Positions 1 through 9,714 are shown, numbered from the stretch's first letter. The stretch: DNA of 28,427 nucleotides from Candidatus Bathyarchaeota archaeon (GCA_023136395.1 JAGLRI010000001.1:1-28427); one strand, 5' to 3'. Numbers and translations: made by a program. The notes: a model not told the origin generated them from the letters alone.

Positions 1-30
1 CTGTAAATGTTAAAGCCTCAAAGAATTGTT

Positions 31-642
31 TTATAAACCTAATTTTTCATAAAGCTTTTCCTTTCTCTTTGCAACCATTTTTTTAACATTTTCAAATATG
101 TTGTTACCTCGAGTGTCTATTGCAACTATTAAAGGCCCAAAATTTGTAACCTCAAGTATCCAGAAAGCTTCAGGAATTCCGAGATCTAACCATTTTACAT
201 CCTTCACTTCTTTAATTGCTTTGGCTGCTAAGACAGCTGCTCCTCCAACGAAAACTCCGTATACTGCTCCATACTTCTTCATCGCTTCGGTTGTTTTCTT
301 GCCCATTCCACCCTTCCCTATAATAACCCTTACCCCAAATTTCTCAATAATCTGATCCTCGAGTGACTCCATTCGCATACTTGTTGTTGGGCCAGCTGCT
401 ACAACTTCCCATTTTTCATTTTTCTTTACTACAGGCCCACAGTGATATATTGCTAATCCCTTAAGTGGAATTGATACTTTTTCTCCTTTTTCATGTAGCT
501 CTAATAGTCTCTTGTGACCTTCATCTCTTGCAGTTACAATTGTTCCGGTAATGTGGATAGTGTCTCCCACATTTAACTTTCGAACGTCATCAATTGAAAT
601 TGGCGTCTTTAAGTTTAAAATAACCAGTTTATATCTCCTCAT
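31..642 (-). CDS. Class I fumarate hydratase / L-tartrate dehydratase, beta subunit
   Basis: 203 aa; motifs GTIVTARDEGH, YHCGP, GPTTSMRME, IIGKGG. The start overlaps the alpha-subunit stop (ATGA). The true start could be slightly downstream (CTG at 627, behind the AGGAG at 639-635). Confidence 0.9.
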   Translation of the reverse strand: MRRYKLVILNLKTPISIDDVRKLNVGDTIHITGTIVTARDEGHKRLLELHEKGEKVSIPLKGLAIYHCGPVVKKNEKWEVVAAGPTTSMRMESLEDQIIEKFGVRVIIGKGGMGKKTTEAMKKYGAVYGVFVGGAAVLAAKAIKEVKDVKWLDLGIPEAFWILEVTNFGPLIVAIDTRGNNIFENVKKMVAKRKEKLYEKLGL

Positions 643-1520
643 AAATATGGTGTTAAATACTCAACCGTTCCATCAGAGTAAATTTTTGCAGAAGATCTTC
701 TGGATGCCCAACAACAGATATTTATTGCAACTGGAAAGGAGGCTGGATGTCTGCATCCATATTCTAAATGAACATCAAGGACGGTTGGACCACATCCCAT
801 ACCCATGACTCCAACACCAAGTTCGTTCAGTGAATCTAAAAGCTCCTCCTCAAGCTGAGCTAGCTCTCTTTGAGGGTGTCTTGAGCCAACAGGTCTTAAG
901 AGAGCTCTTTTTGCAAGATCCATTGCGATATCAGCGCCCCCAGCAACAGCCACTCCAACGAAAAGGGGAGGACATGCTTTCCCTGCTTCTGCGACTGCAT
1001 CTATAGCTGTTCTCTTAATTCCATCCAGCCCTTCATTTGGATTGCACATTCTCAGATAAGAGAGATTCTCAGAACCACCTCCTTTGAGGAAAACCGTTAG
1101 TTCGAGTTGATCGCCGGGAACAATTTCCCAAAGTATATGAGGAAATTCGCTTCCAACGTTATTTCCAGTATTTCCCTTCAATAGATCAACTGCATTTGGT
1201 CTTAGGGGTATTTCCTCTGTTGCTCTAACAAGTGCACTAATAAGTATTTCCTTCAGCTTCCCTAATTCTTTGAAGTTATCACCCACCCTCAAGTAATAAT
1301 AAATGGTACCTGTATCCTGGCAAATTGGTTTGTTACTGTTCTTTGCCAGCTCTATATTCTTCAAGATGGACTCAAGTAGCACCTTTCCCATAGCAGTTTT
1401 CTCCGTCTTTTTTTTATTTATTAGAGCTTCCTCAACATCCTTTGGGAGCCTTGTTGCTGCTAACTTCAAAAGTTTAATCACCACATTTTCAATGACGTTT
1501 TTAAGCTCCAAAAATTTCAC
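639..1520 (-). CDS. Class I (Fe-S) fumarate hydratase / L-tartrate dehydratase, alpha subunit
   Basis: 293 aa; Fe-S cysteine motifs PICQDTG, KGGGSEN, ACPP and C-terminal HPAS..CCWASRR. Substrate (fumarate vs tartrate) cannot be resolved by eye. Confidence 0.9.
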   Translation of the reverse strand: MKFLELKNVIENVVIKLLKLAATRLPKDVEEALINKKKTEKTAMGKVLLESILKNIELAKNSNKPICQDTGTIYYYLRVGDNFKELGKLKEILISALVRATEEIPLRPNAVDLLKGNTGNNVGSEFPHILWEIVPGDQLELTVFLKGGGSENLSYLRMCNPNEGLDGIKRTAIDAVAEAGKACPPLFVGVAVAGGADIAMDLAKRALLRPVGSRHPQRELAQLEEELLDSLNELGVGVMGMGCGPTVLDVHLEYGCRHPASFPVAINICCWASRRSSAKIYSDGTVEYLTPYL

Positions 1521-1665
1521 CCTATAAAAACGCGGGGGTTGTACTTTTTAATTTATACATAGCTAATTAGTGATGTATGCAACACCCCAAGTATAAATAT
1601 TCTACCAACAAATTCCTTTAAATATATCTACTCCAATTTTTTTGTATCTAGTTGAGGCATTATAA

Positions 1666-2655
1666 ATGGCTAAAGAAGCCCTTTCAACAAAAAAAGAATA
1701 TAAACGCCTCGAAGACCTTCCAGGAATTGGGTCTACGACTGCTAGAAAGCTCCGCGAATTAGGCTTTCACACCATAGAAACTTTAGCAACGGCTACTACT
1801 CAGGAACTACAACGGGCAGGTATTGGAGAAAAAAAAGCGGGAGAGATAATTTGCGAGGTACGATCATACATCTCTCTTCCTTTTATCAGAGTAGACGAAT
1901 TACTTAAAAAACAGCAAACTGTTTTGAGACTAACCACCGGTAGCAAGTCACTTGACGACCTTGTGGGAGGAGGACTTGAAACTCAAACTATAACAGAGTT
2001 CTACGGGGAGTTTGGATCGGGGAAGAGTCAGATTTGCCATCAATTATGTGTTAATGTGCAACTTACTCCTGAGAGAGGAGGATTTGGTGGCGGAGCTTTA
2101 TATATTGATACAGAAAACACCTTTCGAACTCAACGCATTATTCAGATGGCGAAGCATTTGGGATTGGACCAAGATGAGGTTGCTAAGAACATCATTTATG
2201 CTGAAGCATATAACTCCGATCACCAGATGTTTCTGGTGGATAACGCGGATAAGGTAATTAATGAGAATAATATTCGTTTGATCATCGTGGATTCCTTGAC
2301 CTCTCATTTTAGGAGCGAGTATATTGGTAGAGAGCTGTTAGTAGAGAGGCAGCAGAAACTCAATAAACACCTACACAAACTAATTAGATTAGGGCGGGCT
2401 TTCAACGTGATTGTAGTCGTGACAAATCAAGTAATGGCTAAGCCAGATGTTTTCTTCGGTGAATCCGTATATCCTGTTGGGGGTCACATTCTTGCGCACA
2501 CAAGCAACACTCGATTATTCCTTCGAAAACCAAGAAGGGGCCCTATAAGGATCGCTCGCCTCATTTCAAGTCCATACCTACCCGAGGGAGAAAGAATGTT
2601 TACAATCACCGAAAATGGGATAGAAGATCTTTCAGAAGATGATCAACGGAGATAA
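1666..2655 (+). CDS. radA: DNA repair and recombination protein RadA
   Basis: 329 aa; N-terminal HhH (LEDLPGIG), Walker [19 protein letters not shown], Walker [20 protein letters not shown]. No intein. TATA-like TTTAAATA at 1617-1624. Confidence 0.97.
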   Translation: MAKEALSTKKEYKRLEDLPGIGSTTARKLRELGFHTIETLATATTQELQRAGIGEKKAGEIICEVRSYISLPFIRVDELLKKQQTVLRLTTGSKSLDDLVGGGLETQTITEFYGEFGSGKSQICHQLCVNVQLTPERGGFGGGALYIDTENTFRTQRIIQMAKHLGLDQDEVAKNIIYAEAYNSDHQMFLVDNADKVINENNIRLIIVDSLTSHFRSEYIGRELLVERQQKLNKHLHKLIRLGRAFNVIVVVTNQVMAKPDVFFGESVYPVGGHILAHTSNTRLFLRKPRRGPIRIARLISSPYLPEGERMFTITENGIEDLSEDDQRR

Positions 2656-2661
2656 TGATAA

Positions 2662-3006
2662 TTGCCTATTTCCCCTGCTGTTGTAACGCGGTTCGTTAGA
2701 CGCTTAATGGAAAGAAGATTTGCTGAGGCAGATCGTGTATTGGAACCGTTAAGAAAAGGAGCACAAAAAAATGATTGGGAGAAAGGATATCTCCAAGCCC
2801 TCAATGGCATGCTCTTAGCCGCGCGCGCATCGGATGATGACAGGCACCTTTTTCTTTCAAACATAAAATCTAGTAAAAAAGGTGAATTGCAAAAATACCG
2901 TCGCGAATTTTTAAAATATGCTAAGAGTGGGCTTCATGCAGATTATGATCGTGGTTTCTTCTCGGCCTGGGCTGAGTATATAAGGGTAACTTCTAAAGTA
3001 AAATGA
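2662..3006 (+). CDS. Hypothetical helical protein, probably co-transcribed with radA
   Basis: 114 aa ORF with a TTG start 6 nt after the radA stop and GGAG at 2648-2651. Internal repeat DWEKGYLQAL / DYDRGFFSAW. Confidence 0.7.
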   Translation: MPISPAVVTRFVRRLMERRFAEADRVLEPLRKGAQKNDWEKGYLQALNGMLLAARASDDDRHLFLSNIKSSKKGELQKYRREFLKYAKSGLHADYDRGFFSAWAEYIRVTSKVK

Positions 3007-3090
3007 GTGTAATCAACAAAACGATTCTGATAGTTAACGATTTACTTGAAAAGCAGATATGGATTTATGTTAATAAGACCACTAACCTAT

Positions 3091-3381
3091 TTATCCAGAT
3101 GGATGTGTGATAGTATACACTAGAATCCAGGTCACGATCCACATGATAAAATATGTACCTATACCCGTTGTAAACACCTTTTTTAAGTCCTCAGATGCTT
3201 CTCCCCATTTACCAGCAAACCAGCGTTTAAGGATGTAGTTGGTAAGGATGTAAAAAATTAATACAATGCCTACACCATTCATAAGATTAAGGTTAAAAAA
3301 CAATCCTAAAAAACCGCTTATTACTGCTGCAGTGATGCCTAAACAAACTCTGCTCCAGTAAATAACACTTAAAGGCTTCAA
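3091..3381 (-). CDS. Small 3-TM membrane protein resembling the Rab5ip family (EMC6 / OPTI-RAB5IF-like)
   Basis: 96 aa; three hydrophobic segments; VIYWSR...GFLGL at the N-terminus and TYFIMWIVTWILVYTITH at the C-terminus; TTG start with AGGAAG SD at 3395-3390. Confidence 0.65.
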   Translation of the reverse strand: MKPLSVIYWSRVCLGITAAVISGFLGLFFNLNLMNGVGIVLIFYILTNYILKRWFAGKWGEASEDLKKVFTTGIGTYFIMWIVTWILVYTITHPSG

Positions 3382-3408
3382 ATTAATTTCTTCCTAGGGG
3401 TAAATATT

Positions 3409-5400
3409 TTGAAGGAGGAGATGTCTAGTTTTGACATAGCCACTATTACCCCTGAAATCAACAAAGTAATTAGGGGTGCATGGATAGATAACATTTACCA
3501 AAGTAATCATTCAACCATTCTTTTAAAGTTTCGCCAACCCGGCAAGTCCCCAATTAATTTGCTTATAGAATCGGGAAGACGCCTTCACATAACCTCCTAC
3601 ACCGTAGAAAAACCGCTAAAACCTCCAATTTTTTGCATGGCCCTCCGAAAGTACTTGAAGAACGGGAAGGCGGTGGAGATTATTCAACACGAGTTTGACC
3701 GAACTGTGGTAATTAGCGTAAACACAAAGAGTGGAGAATTTAAACTCGTATCTGAACTGTTTGGTGTTGGAAATGTTATCCTGGTAAGTCCAGAAGATAG
3801 AATTCTTCATGCTTTGCATTATCGAAAAATGAAAGATAGAAGCATATGGCGTAATGAAATCTTTCAATTCGCTCCTTCAAAAGGTAAAAACCCACTTAAA
3901 TTAAATCGCCAAGATTTGAGTGAAATAAAGAATTTAGGGCAACAAGAAATTGTGCGGGTTCTTACAAAAGTTCTTAGTATAGGCGGACTTTATGCAGAAG
4001 AAATTCTTTTGCGCGCTCAAATTGACAAAAAAATGCCATGCGAACTAATTTCTGAACAGGAGATTGACAGACTCTTTAAACATCTTCGTCAAATCATCTC
4101 CTCCATTAGTGTTGGAAACATAAAACCAAATATCGTTTTTGATGACGAGAAGGGATGGATCGACGTAACCCCCATTTCCCTTAAAAAACACTTAGGTTTA
4201 AAACAAAAATTATTTAAAACTTTCAATGAAGCATTGGATGACTTTTACACGAATACAAGTTCGAATCCTAAAGTTGTTGATGTGGAACAAGAATTAGCAA
4301 GACAAAAAAGAATACTACAAAGTCAACTAAAAGCCCAAAAAGTTCAGAAAGAAAAGATTAAACAAAACAAAAAGATTGGTGACACGATCTATTTGCACTT
4401 TAATGAACTACAGTTTCTCCTTCAAAAAATCATGGATGGGAAAAAGAATGGTAAATCTTGGAAGCAAATAACTTTTAATATTTTAAAGGAAAAGGAAGAG
4501 GGAAAGATTCCAGCTGTCTATTTTCACTCCTTAGAGCCTGAAAACCGAATTTTTAATATTTGCATAAAAAACCTGAATTTTTCACTAGCGCTTCATCTTT
4601 CCATTCAAACTAGCGCAAATGACTATTATTCAATTGCAAAAAAAGCTAGAAAGAAATTGGAAGGTGTTAAGAAAGCCATAAGAAAAACCCAAATAAACAT
4701 AGAAGAGCCTCAACGGCAGTGGATTGAACTAATAAAAGAAAAAGATGAACTGCCGCGTAAAAAAAGGAAAGAGGCGTGGTACGAAAAATTCCGGTGGTTT
4801 CATTCGTCAAATGGATTTCTCGTTATTGGAGGAAGGGATGCCACAACAAATGAGATCATAATCAAGCGTTACATGGAACCCTACGATAAAGTTTTCCACG
4901 CGAATATCCATGGCGCACCCTTCGTTTTAATTAAAACCGAGGGGAAAATCCCACCTGATCAAACAATGAATGAAGCAGCCAAGTTTGCAGCCTCATATTC
5001 ACGGGCTTGGAAGGAGAGATTAGGCTCAGTCGATGTCTATGAATTTTCTCCTCAACAGGTAAGCAAAAGCCCACCATCAGGTCAGCATCTCAAGAAAGGA
5101 TCATTCATTATCTCAGGTCAAAAAAAGTCGTTTCGGAATGTTCCCTTAAGGATTGCCGTTGGAATTAAGTGGAAAAAAAAGTATCTTATAGTTATTGGAG
5201 GTCCTACGGAAACTATTGCTAATCAAACAAACAATTACGTTGAAATAATCCCAGGTGAGCAGAAAAGCGGAAGGCTTGCCAAGCAAATACGAGGATTATT
5301 AGCCAAGAGAGCACCTGAGAACCTAAAAAAACAAATTCTAAGGATTTCCTTAGAGGAAATACAAAAATTCACCCCGGGGGGTAGAGGGAAAATACCATAA
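3409..5400 (+). CDS. rqcH: Ribosome quality control protein RqcH/Rqc2 (NFACT family)
   Basis: 663 aa; NFACT-N (MSSFDI, FCMALRKYL, EFDR, ELFG.GN), coiled coil, NFACT-R (WYEKFRWF.SS.GFLVIGGRDA, HANIHGAP), SKSPPSGQHLKKGSF and NFACT-C. Confidence 0.93.
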   Translation: MKEEMSSFDIATITPEINKVIRGAWIDNIYQSNHSTILLKFRQPGKSPINLLIESGRRLHITSYTVEKPLKPPIFCMALRKYLKNGKAVEIIQHEFDRTVVISVNTKSGEFKLVSELFGVGNVILVSPEDRILHALHYRKMKDRSIWRNEIFQFAPSKGKNPLKLNRQDLSEIKNLGQQEIVRVLTKVLSIGGLYAEEILLRAQIDKKMPCELISEQEIDRLFKHLRQIISSISVGNIKPNIVFDDEKGWIDVTPISLKKHLGLKQKLFKTFNEALDDFYTNTSSNPKVVDVEQELARQKRILQSQLKAQKVQKEKIKQNKKIGDTIYLHFNELQFLLQKIMDGKKNGKSWKQITFNILKEKEEGKIPAVYFHSLEPENRIFNICIKNLNFSLALHLSIQTSANDYYSIAKKARKKLEGVKKAIRKTQINIEEPQRQWIELIKEKDELPRKKRKEAWYEKFRWFHSSNGFLVIGGRDATTNEIIIKRYMEPYDKVFHANIHGAPFVLIKTEGKIPPDQTMNEAAKFAASYSRAWKERLGSVDVYEFSPQQVSKSPPSGQHLKKGSFIISGQKKSFRNVPLRIAVGIKWKKKYLIVIGGPTETIANQTNNYVEIIPGEQKSGRLAKQIRGLLAKRAPENLKKQILRISLEEIQKFTPGGRGKIP

Positions 5401-5477
5401 CGCTTTAAAATATTTAAACAAATTTTGGAGAATGATTTAATAGATAACTAACCAATCTACGTAACGGAGGTCTAGCT

Positions 5478-6053
5478 GTGGCCGAAATAATCGTGAGGGA
5501 GCGAATGCTGGTTAAAGACGTTATGTCAAGCCCCGCAATTACAGCCAATGAGGATACTTCCATTAATAAAGTAGCCCGTTTAATGGAACAATATAAAATA
5601 GGGTGTATAATTGTAACAAGTAAAGATGGAAAACCTTTAGGAATGATCACTGAGAGAGATCTGGTGCTTCGCGTTTTGGTTAAAAACGCTCAAACAAGCA
5701 AGATAACTGCCAAGATGGTGATGACGTCACCTCTCATTACCATAGATCTTGATGAGACGATAAGCGAAGCAGCCAGAAGAATGAGTCAGCTTGATATTCG
5801 AAGGTTTGCTATTATATACCGAGGAAATCTTGTCGGCATAATTTCAAGCAAGGATATTCTCGCGGTTACACCTGAACTCATAGAAATCATGCAAGAGAAA
5901 GCTCGGATTGAAGGATTTGTAGAAGAGGAGATACAGCGTTCCCCTCTAGCAGGATATTGCGATCAGTGTGGACGTTGGTCTGACACCTTAAAGGAGACTG
6001 AAGGAAACTTTCTCTGTAAGGAATGCCAAATTGAATTTGAAGTTGAATACTGA
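5478..6053 (+). CDS. CBS-pair protein with C-terminal Zn ribbon
   Basis: Two CBS repeats (VKDVMSSP...GMITERDL; KMVMTSP...GIISSKDIL) and C-terminal CDQC...CKEC; GGAGGT SD at 5466-5471 before GTG. Confidence 0.88.
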   Translation: MAEIIVRERMLVKDVMSSPAITANEDTSINKVARLMEQYKIGCIIVTSKDGKPLGMITERDLVLRVLVKNAQTSKITAKMVMTSPLITIDLDETISEAARRMSQLDIRRFAIIYRGNLVGIISSKDILAVTPELIEIMQEKARIEGFVEEEIQRSPLAGYCDQCGRWSDTLKETEGNFLCKECQIEFEVEY

Positions 6054-6166
6054 AGAGCCAAACGCCTGCATATTCAAGATGACAAATCTATACTATTTGC
6101 AGCCACAGGTATCTTTAAGGTTAACTACATAGTGCATCAAGTTGAAGCATCTGGGTGGTCTCTAGA

Positions 6167-7513
6167 ATGAAGAAATTACAATTAGTAGATCTAAATCTAA
6201 TCAATGCAAAAATTTTTTTAAAGAACGAATTTATTGAAGCAGGAATATCTATTGAAGCAAATCGAATAAATAAAATAGCTAAACTACCAAATATGCCCAA
6301 GGCATCAAAAACAATTGATGTTAATGGCAATATCGTTTTACCAGGTTTGATCGATGTTCACGTCCATCTTCGGGATCTTAAGCTGTCTTATAAGGAAGAC
6401 TTTAACACTGGGACTTGTGCAGCAGCCGCCGGAGGCTTTACAACTGTTCTAGACATGCCTAACACACAACCCCCTACAAACACGCCTGAACGTCTAAAGA
6501 AAAAAATTCAACGAGCAAAAAATCGAGTAATTGTGAACGTTGGTTTTTACGCCGCTTTTCCTAAGCAATTTAAACAAATTGTGGAAATGTATAGAAACGG
6601 AGCAATTGCTTTCAAAGTCTTCCTTTATCACCCCATAACTGAGCTAGATGTAAACTGTGACGATGTACTCCTCAAAGTCTTTAAGTGTGCTAAACAATTA
6701 AATCGACCAGTAGCCGTCCACGCCGAAGAAGGCGAAATAGTCCAAAGAATTGAAGAAGATCTCCGAAAATCTGGAAAATCGTCGCTGAACCACCATCTTA
6801 AAGCCCACTCAATTAAGAGAGAGGTTAATGCCGTACAACGAGTAGTAAAACTTGCTAAACAAACAGGTTCACATATACATTTTTGTCACATAAGTGCAGC
6901 TTCTTCAATAAGACACATTAAAAAATTAAAACAACACATAACTTGTGAAACCACTCCACATCACATATTTTTAACAAAAGATGTCCTTCGTAAGTGTGGA
7001 AGTATAGCTTTAATGAATCCTCCGCTAAGATCACGTCTTAACACAACTAGGTTATGGCACGCCCTCAATGATGAGTGGATAGACATCCTCGCAAGCGATC
7101 ATGCTCCTCATGCATTACAAGAGAAAACGAATGAAAACATCTGGGAAGTTTCCCCTGGAATACCTGGACTTGAGACAACTTTACCTTTAATGTTAACCCA
7201 AGTGAATAATGGAAGAATGTCATGGGGTCGTTTAACCCAGATTCTTGCAACAAAACCCGCTGAAATATTTCAATTGAATAGAGGTTTCATTAAAACGGGC
7301 AGTGTTGCAGACCTGGTCATTGTTGATGTGAATCAAGAATACAAAATAGATTCATCAAAATTCTATTCAAAAGCTAAGTACTCCCCATTTGACGGACGAA
7401 AAGTTAAAGGCAAACCAATAAAAACCTTTGTTAGCGGTTGTTTGGTGTACGATTCAGGGGAAATTGTTTCAGAACCTGGATCTGGAACCATTTTGACTGG
7501 ATCTTCCCATTAA
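6167..7513 (+). CDS. pyrC: Dihydroorotase (amidohydrolase family)
   Basis: DVHVHLRD, DMPNT, HAE, HFCHIS, ETTPHH, NPPLR, ASDHAPH, PGLET, KYSPF. The likely start is ATG 6167 (GGGTGG at 6153-6158) rather than the listed 6155. Confidence 0.85.
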   Translation: MKKLQLVDLNLINAKIFLKNEFIEAGISIEANRINKIAKLPNMPKASKTIDVNGNIVLPGLIDVHVHLRDLKLSYKEDFNTGTCAAAAGGFTTVLDMPNTQPPTNTPERLKKKIQRAKNRVIVNVGFYAAFPKQFKQIVEMYRNGAIAFKVFLYHPITELDVNCDDVLLKVFKCAKQLNRPVAVHAEEGEIVQRIEEDLRKSGKSSLNHHLKAHSIKREVNAVQRVVKLAKQTGSHIHFCHISAASSIRHIKKLKQHITCETTPHHIFLTKDVLRKCGSIALMNPPLRSRLNTTRLWHALNDEWIDILASDHAPHALQEKTNENIWEVSPGIPGLETTLPLMLTQVNNGRMSWGRLTQILATKPAEIFQLNRGFIKTGSVADLVIVDVNQEYKIDSSKFYSKAKYSPFDGRKVKGKPIKTFVSGCLVYDSGEIVSEPGSGTILTGSSH

Positions 7514-7570
7514 GGGCCATTGGATTGATAATGATTACTGAATGCCTTAGGCCAGAAAATAGAAGAATAA

Positions 7571-8719
7571 TTATAAATGGAAGATCTGCTGCGCTTCAGC
7601 CATTCCAGCTCCTATTTCAACGGGATAATTAACATCGTTTAAAGCGTTTTCGAGGGCGCTAATTGTTAAGAGAGTTTCTTTTTCAGAAATAATTCCCATA
7701 CACCCTATTCTGAGAAGTGATTGCTTAAGTTTTTCATGACCTCCAGCTACTATAACCCAATACTTTTCTTTCATGATTTTTCGAACTTCAGTGTTATCAA
7801 CACCAGCTGGTACATCTATAGCGATTATAGTGTTTGAACGAAATTTTTCTTTTGGAAAAGGCATCAACCTTAACGCTTTTATAGCCGAGTAAAAAGCTCT
7901 GGCACATTTCTCATGTCGTTTAAATCGGTTTTCGAGACCTTCTTCGTGTAATAATGTTAATGTTTCATCTAATGCATAAAAAAGTGGCAACGAAGGAGTG
8001 GTCGGATTCTCCCGTCTTTTACTGGATTCCCGAAAATTAATTAGATCAAAATAGTATGGTTTAGCTGTAGTATCTTCTATGGTTTCCCAAGCCCTTTTAC
8101 TTACTGAAATAACTGCAAGTCCGGGAGGACAAGCCAAGCATTTTTGACTCCCAGCCACACACAAATCTACTCCCCATTCATCTACAGGTAAATAATCCCC
8201 GCCTAGGATCGAAACCGCGTCTACTATGAGCATTATACCCTTTTCCCTGGCAACCTTTCCAATTTTAGGGAGATCACGCACAGTAACACCCGTAGACGTT
8301 TCATTATAGACAAGAGCTATAGCTTTCACGTTCTTTTCTAGATCAACAATCTGCTTTAGATCCTCTACGATAGGAGCCTTCCCAAATTCCACAGGTAATT
8401 CAATAACTTCTCCACCACGGCGAATTACTTTATCTTTCAGCCGCTCACTGAAAACACCAAAAACTGGAACAATAACCTTGTCACCCGAATTTACAACATT
8501 GCTAATTGCACATTCAATCCCACCTGTACTTGATGATGTCAATATGAAAACGTCGTCCCTAGTTTGAAAGACATACTTCAAGTTCTCGGTCACACGCTCA
8601 TAGAGAGCATGAAACTCCGGTCCTCTATGATTTATTATGGGTTTAATCATTGCTCGCATAACCTGATCTGGGATGTTGGTTGGACCAGGTAACATTATTA
8701 GATGTTTTTTTCCTTTCAA
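7571..8719 (-). CDS. Class V PLP aminotransferase (alanine-glyoxylate / serine-pyruvate type)
   Basis: 382 aa; MLPGPT, HRGPEF, SSTGGIE, YNETSTG, VDAVS, GSQKCL (PLP lysine), LRIGCMG. Confidence 0.92.
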   Translation of the reverse strand: MKGKKHLIMLPGPTNIPDQVMRAMIKPIINHRGPEFHALYERVTENLKYVFQTRDDVFILTSSSTGGIECAISNVVNSGDKVIVPVFGVFSERLKDKVIRRGGEVIELPVEFGKAPIVEDLKQIVDLEKNVKAIALVYNETSTGVTVRDLPKIGKVAREKGIMLIVDAVSILGGDYLPVDEWGVDLCVAGSQKCLACPPGLAVISVSKRAWETIEDTTAKPYYFDLINFRESSKRRENPTTPSLPLFYALDETLTLLHEEGLENRFKRHEKCARAFYSAIKALRLMPFPKEKFRSNTIIAIDVPAGVDNTEVRKIMKEKYWVIVAGGHEKLKQSLLRIGCMGIISEKETLLTISALENALNDVNYPVEIGAGMAEAQQIFHL

Positions 8720-8838
8720 TGTTAATCTCTCTACGATATCAGATTAAAGATTACAAAAACTCCAATTTCTTATCAAATAAATTGTATAATATTTTTTGAT
8801 AAGGGAGAAGCAACTACAGTAGAAGAAGTTATGAAGGA

Positions 8839-9645
8839 TTAAGGATTTTCACCCCACGTGATGAGAGGATGGAAAAGGTCTAATCTTCTATCACTCCAAA
8901 GATCGTTGTATTCTGTAATTTTTTTATTTTCCGCTTGTTTTATGTCAATCTCAATAACCTTAACTTCCTCAGACTTGCCACTTTTTGAAAGAATTTTCAT
9001 GTTTGGATTAAGTATCTGGCTTCCACCAGTGAATCGAACTCCTCTTTCAACCCCAATTCGATTTGCAGTTATGATGAAAATCTTGTTCTGAATCGCAGCT
9101 CCGAGGAGTGCTGTTTGACAATAGGGTAAAACTAGATTAGCTGGGTGACATATCAAGTGGGCTCCCTTCAAGGCAAGTATCCGAATGACCTCGGGGAAAA
9201 ACCAATCAAAACATATCATTATACCGATTTTTGCTTTAGAGACATCATAAACAATGAATTGACTATCACCCATTGAGAAGTATATTTTTTCTCTGTTAAA
9301 GAGATGAGCTTTTCTATATACACCCATAAATCCAGTGGGACCAACAAGGATCGCAGAATTATAATATTTTCCTTTCTCCCTTTCGCATACTCCTGCAACA
9401 ACGTAAACCCGTTTCTCTCTTGCGAAGGTTGCTAGTACTTCTGTTGTTTCACCCTCTGGTACATCTTCAGAAAGGGATTTTAATTCCTTCTTCGATCTAA
9501 AAACATAACCGGTATTACAGAGTTCAGGCAAAACAATGAGATCAGACCCTTGCTGAACTCCTTCATCTAACAATTTTAGGATTGTTTTAACATTTCTTCC
9601 TTTTTCCCCAAAAACGGGGTTAAATTGGATATATCCAACTTTCAT
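8839..9645 (-). CDS. Nitrilase / carbon-nitrogen hydrolase family protein
   Basis: 268 aa; catalytic E-K-C triad in LPELCNTGY, YRKAHLF and ICFDWFFPE. Confidence 0.92.
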   Translation of the reverse strand: MKVGYIQFNPVFGEKGRNVKTILKLLDEGVQQGSDLIVLPELCNTGYVFRSKKELKSLSEDVPEGETTEVLATFAREKRVYVVAGVCEREKGKYYNSAILVGPTGFMGVYRKAHLFNREKIYFSMGDSQFIVYDVSKAKIGIMICFDWFFPEVIRILALKGAHLICHPANLVLPYCQTALLGAAIQNKIFIITANRIGVERGVRFTGGSQILNPNMKILSKSGKSEEVKVIEIDIKQAENKKITEYNDLWSDRRLDLFHPLITWGENP

Positions 9646-9714
9646 CCAATCACATCTAACTAAAATATATTTAAAGAAAATACGTGATATCCAAATTTTT
9701 CTTTTTTACTTACG

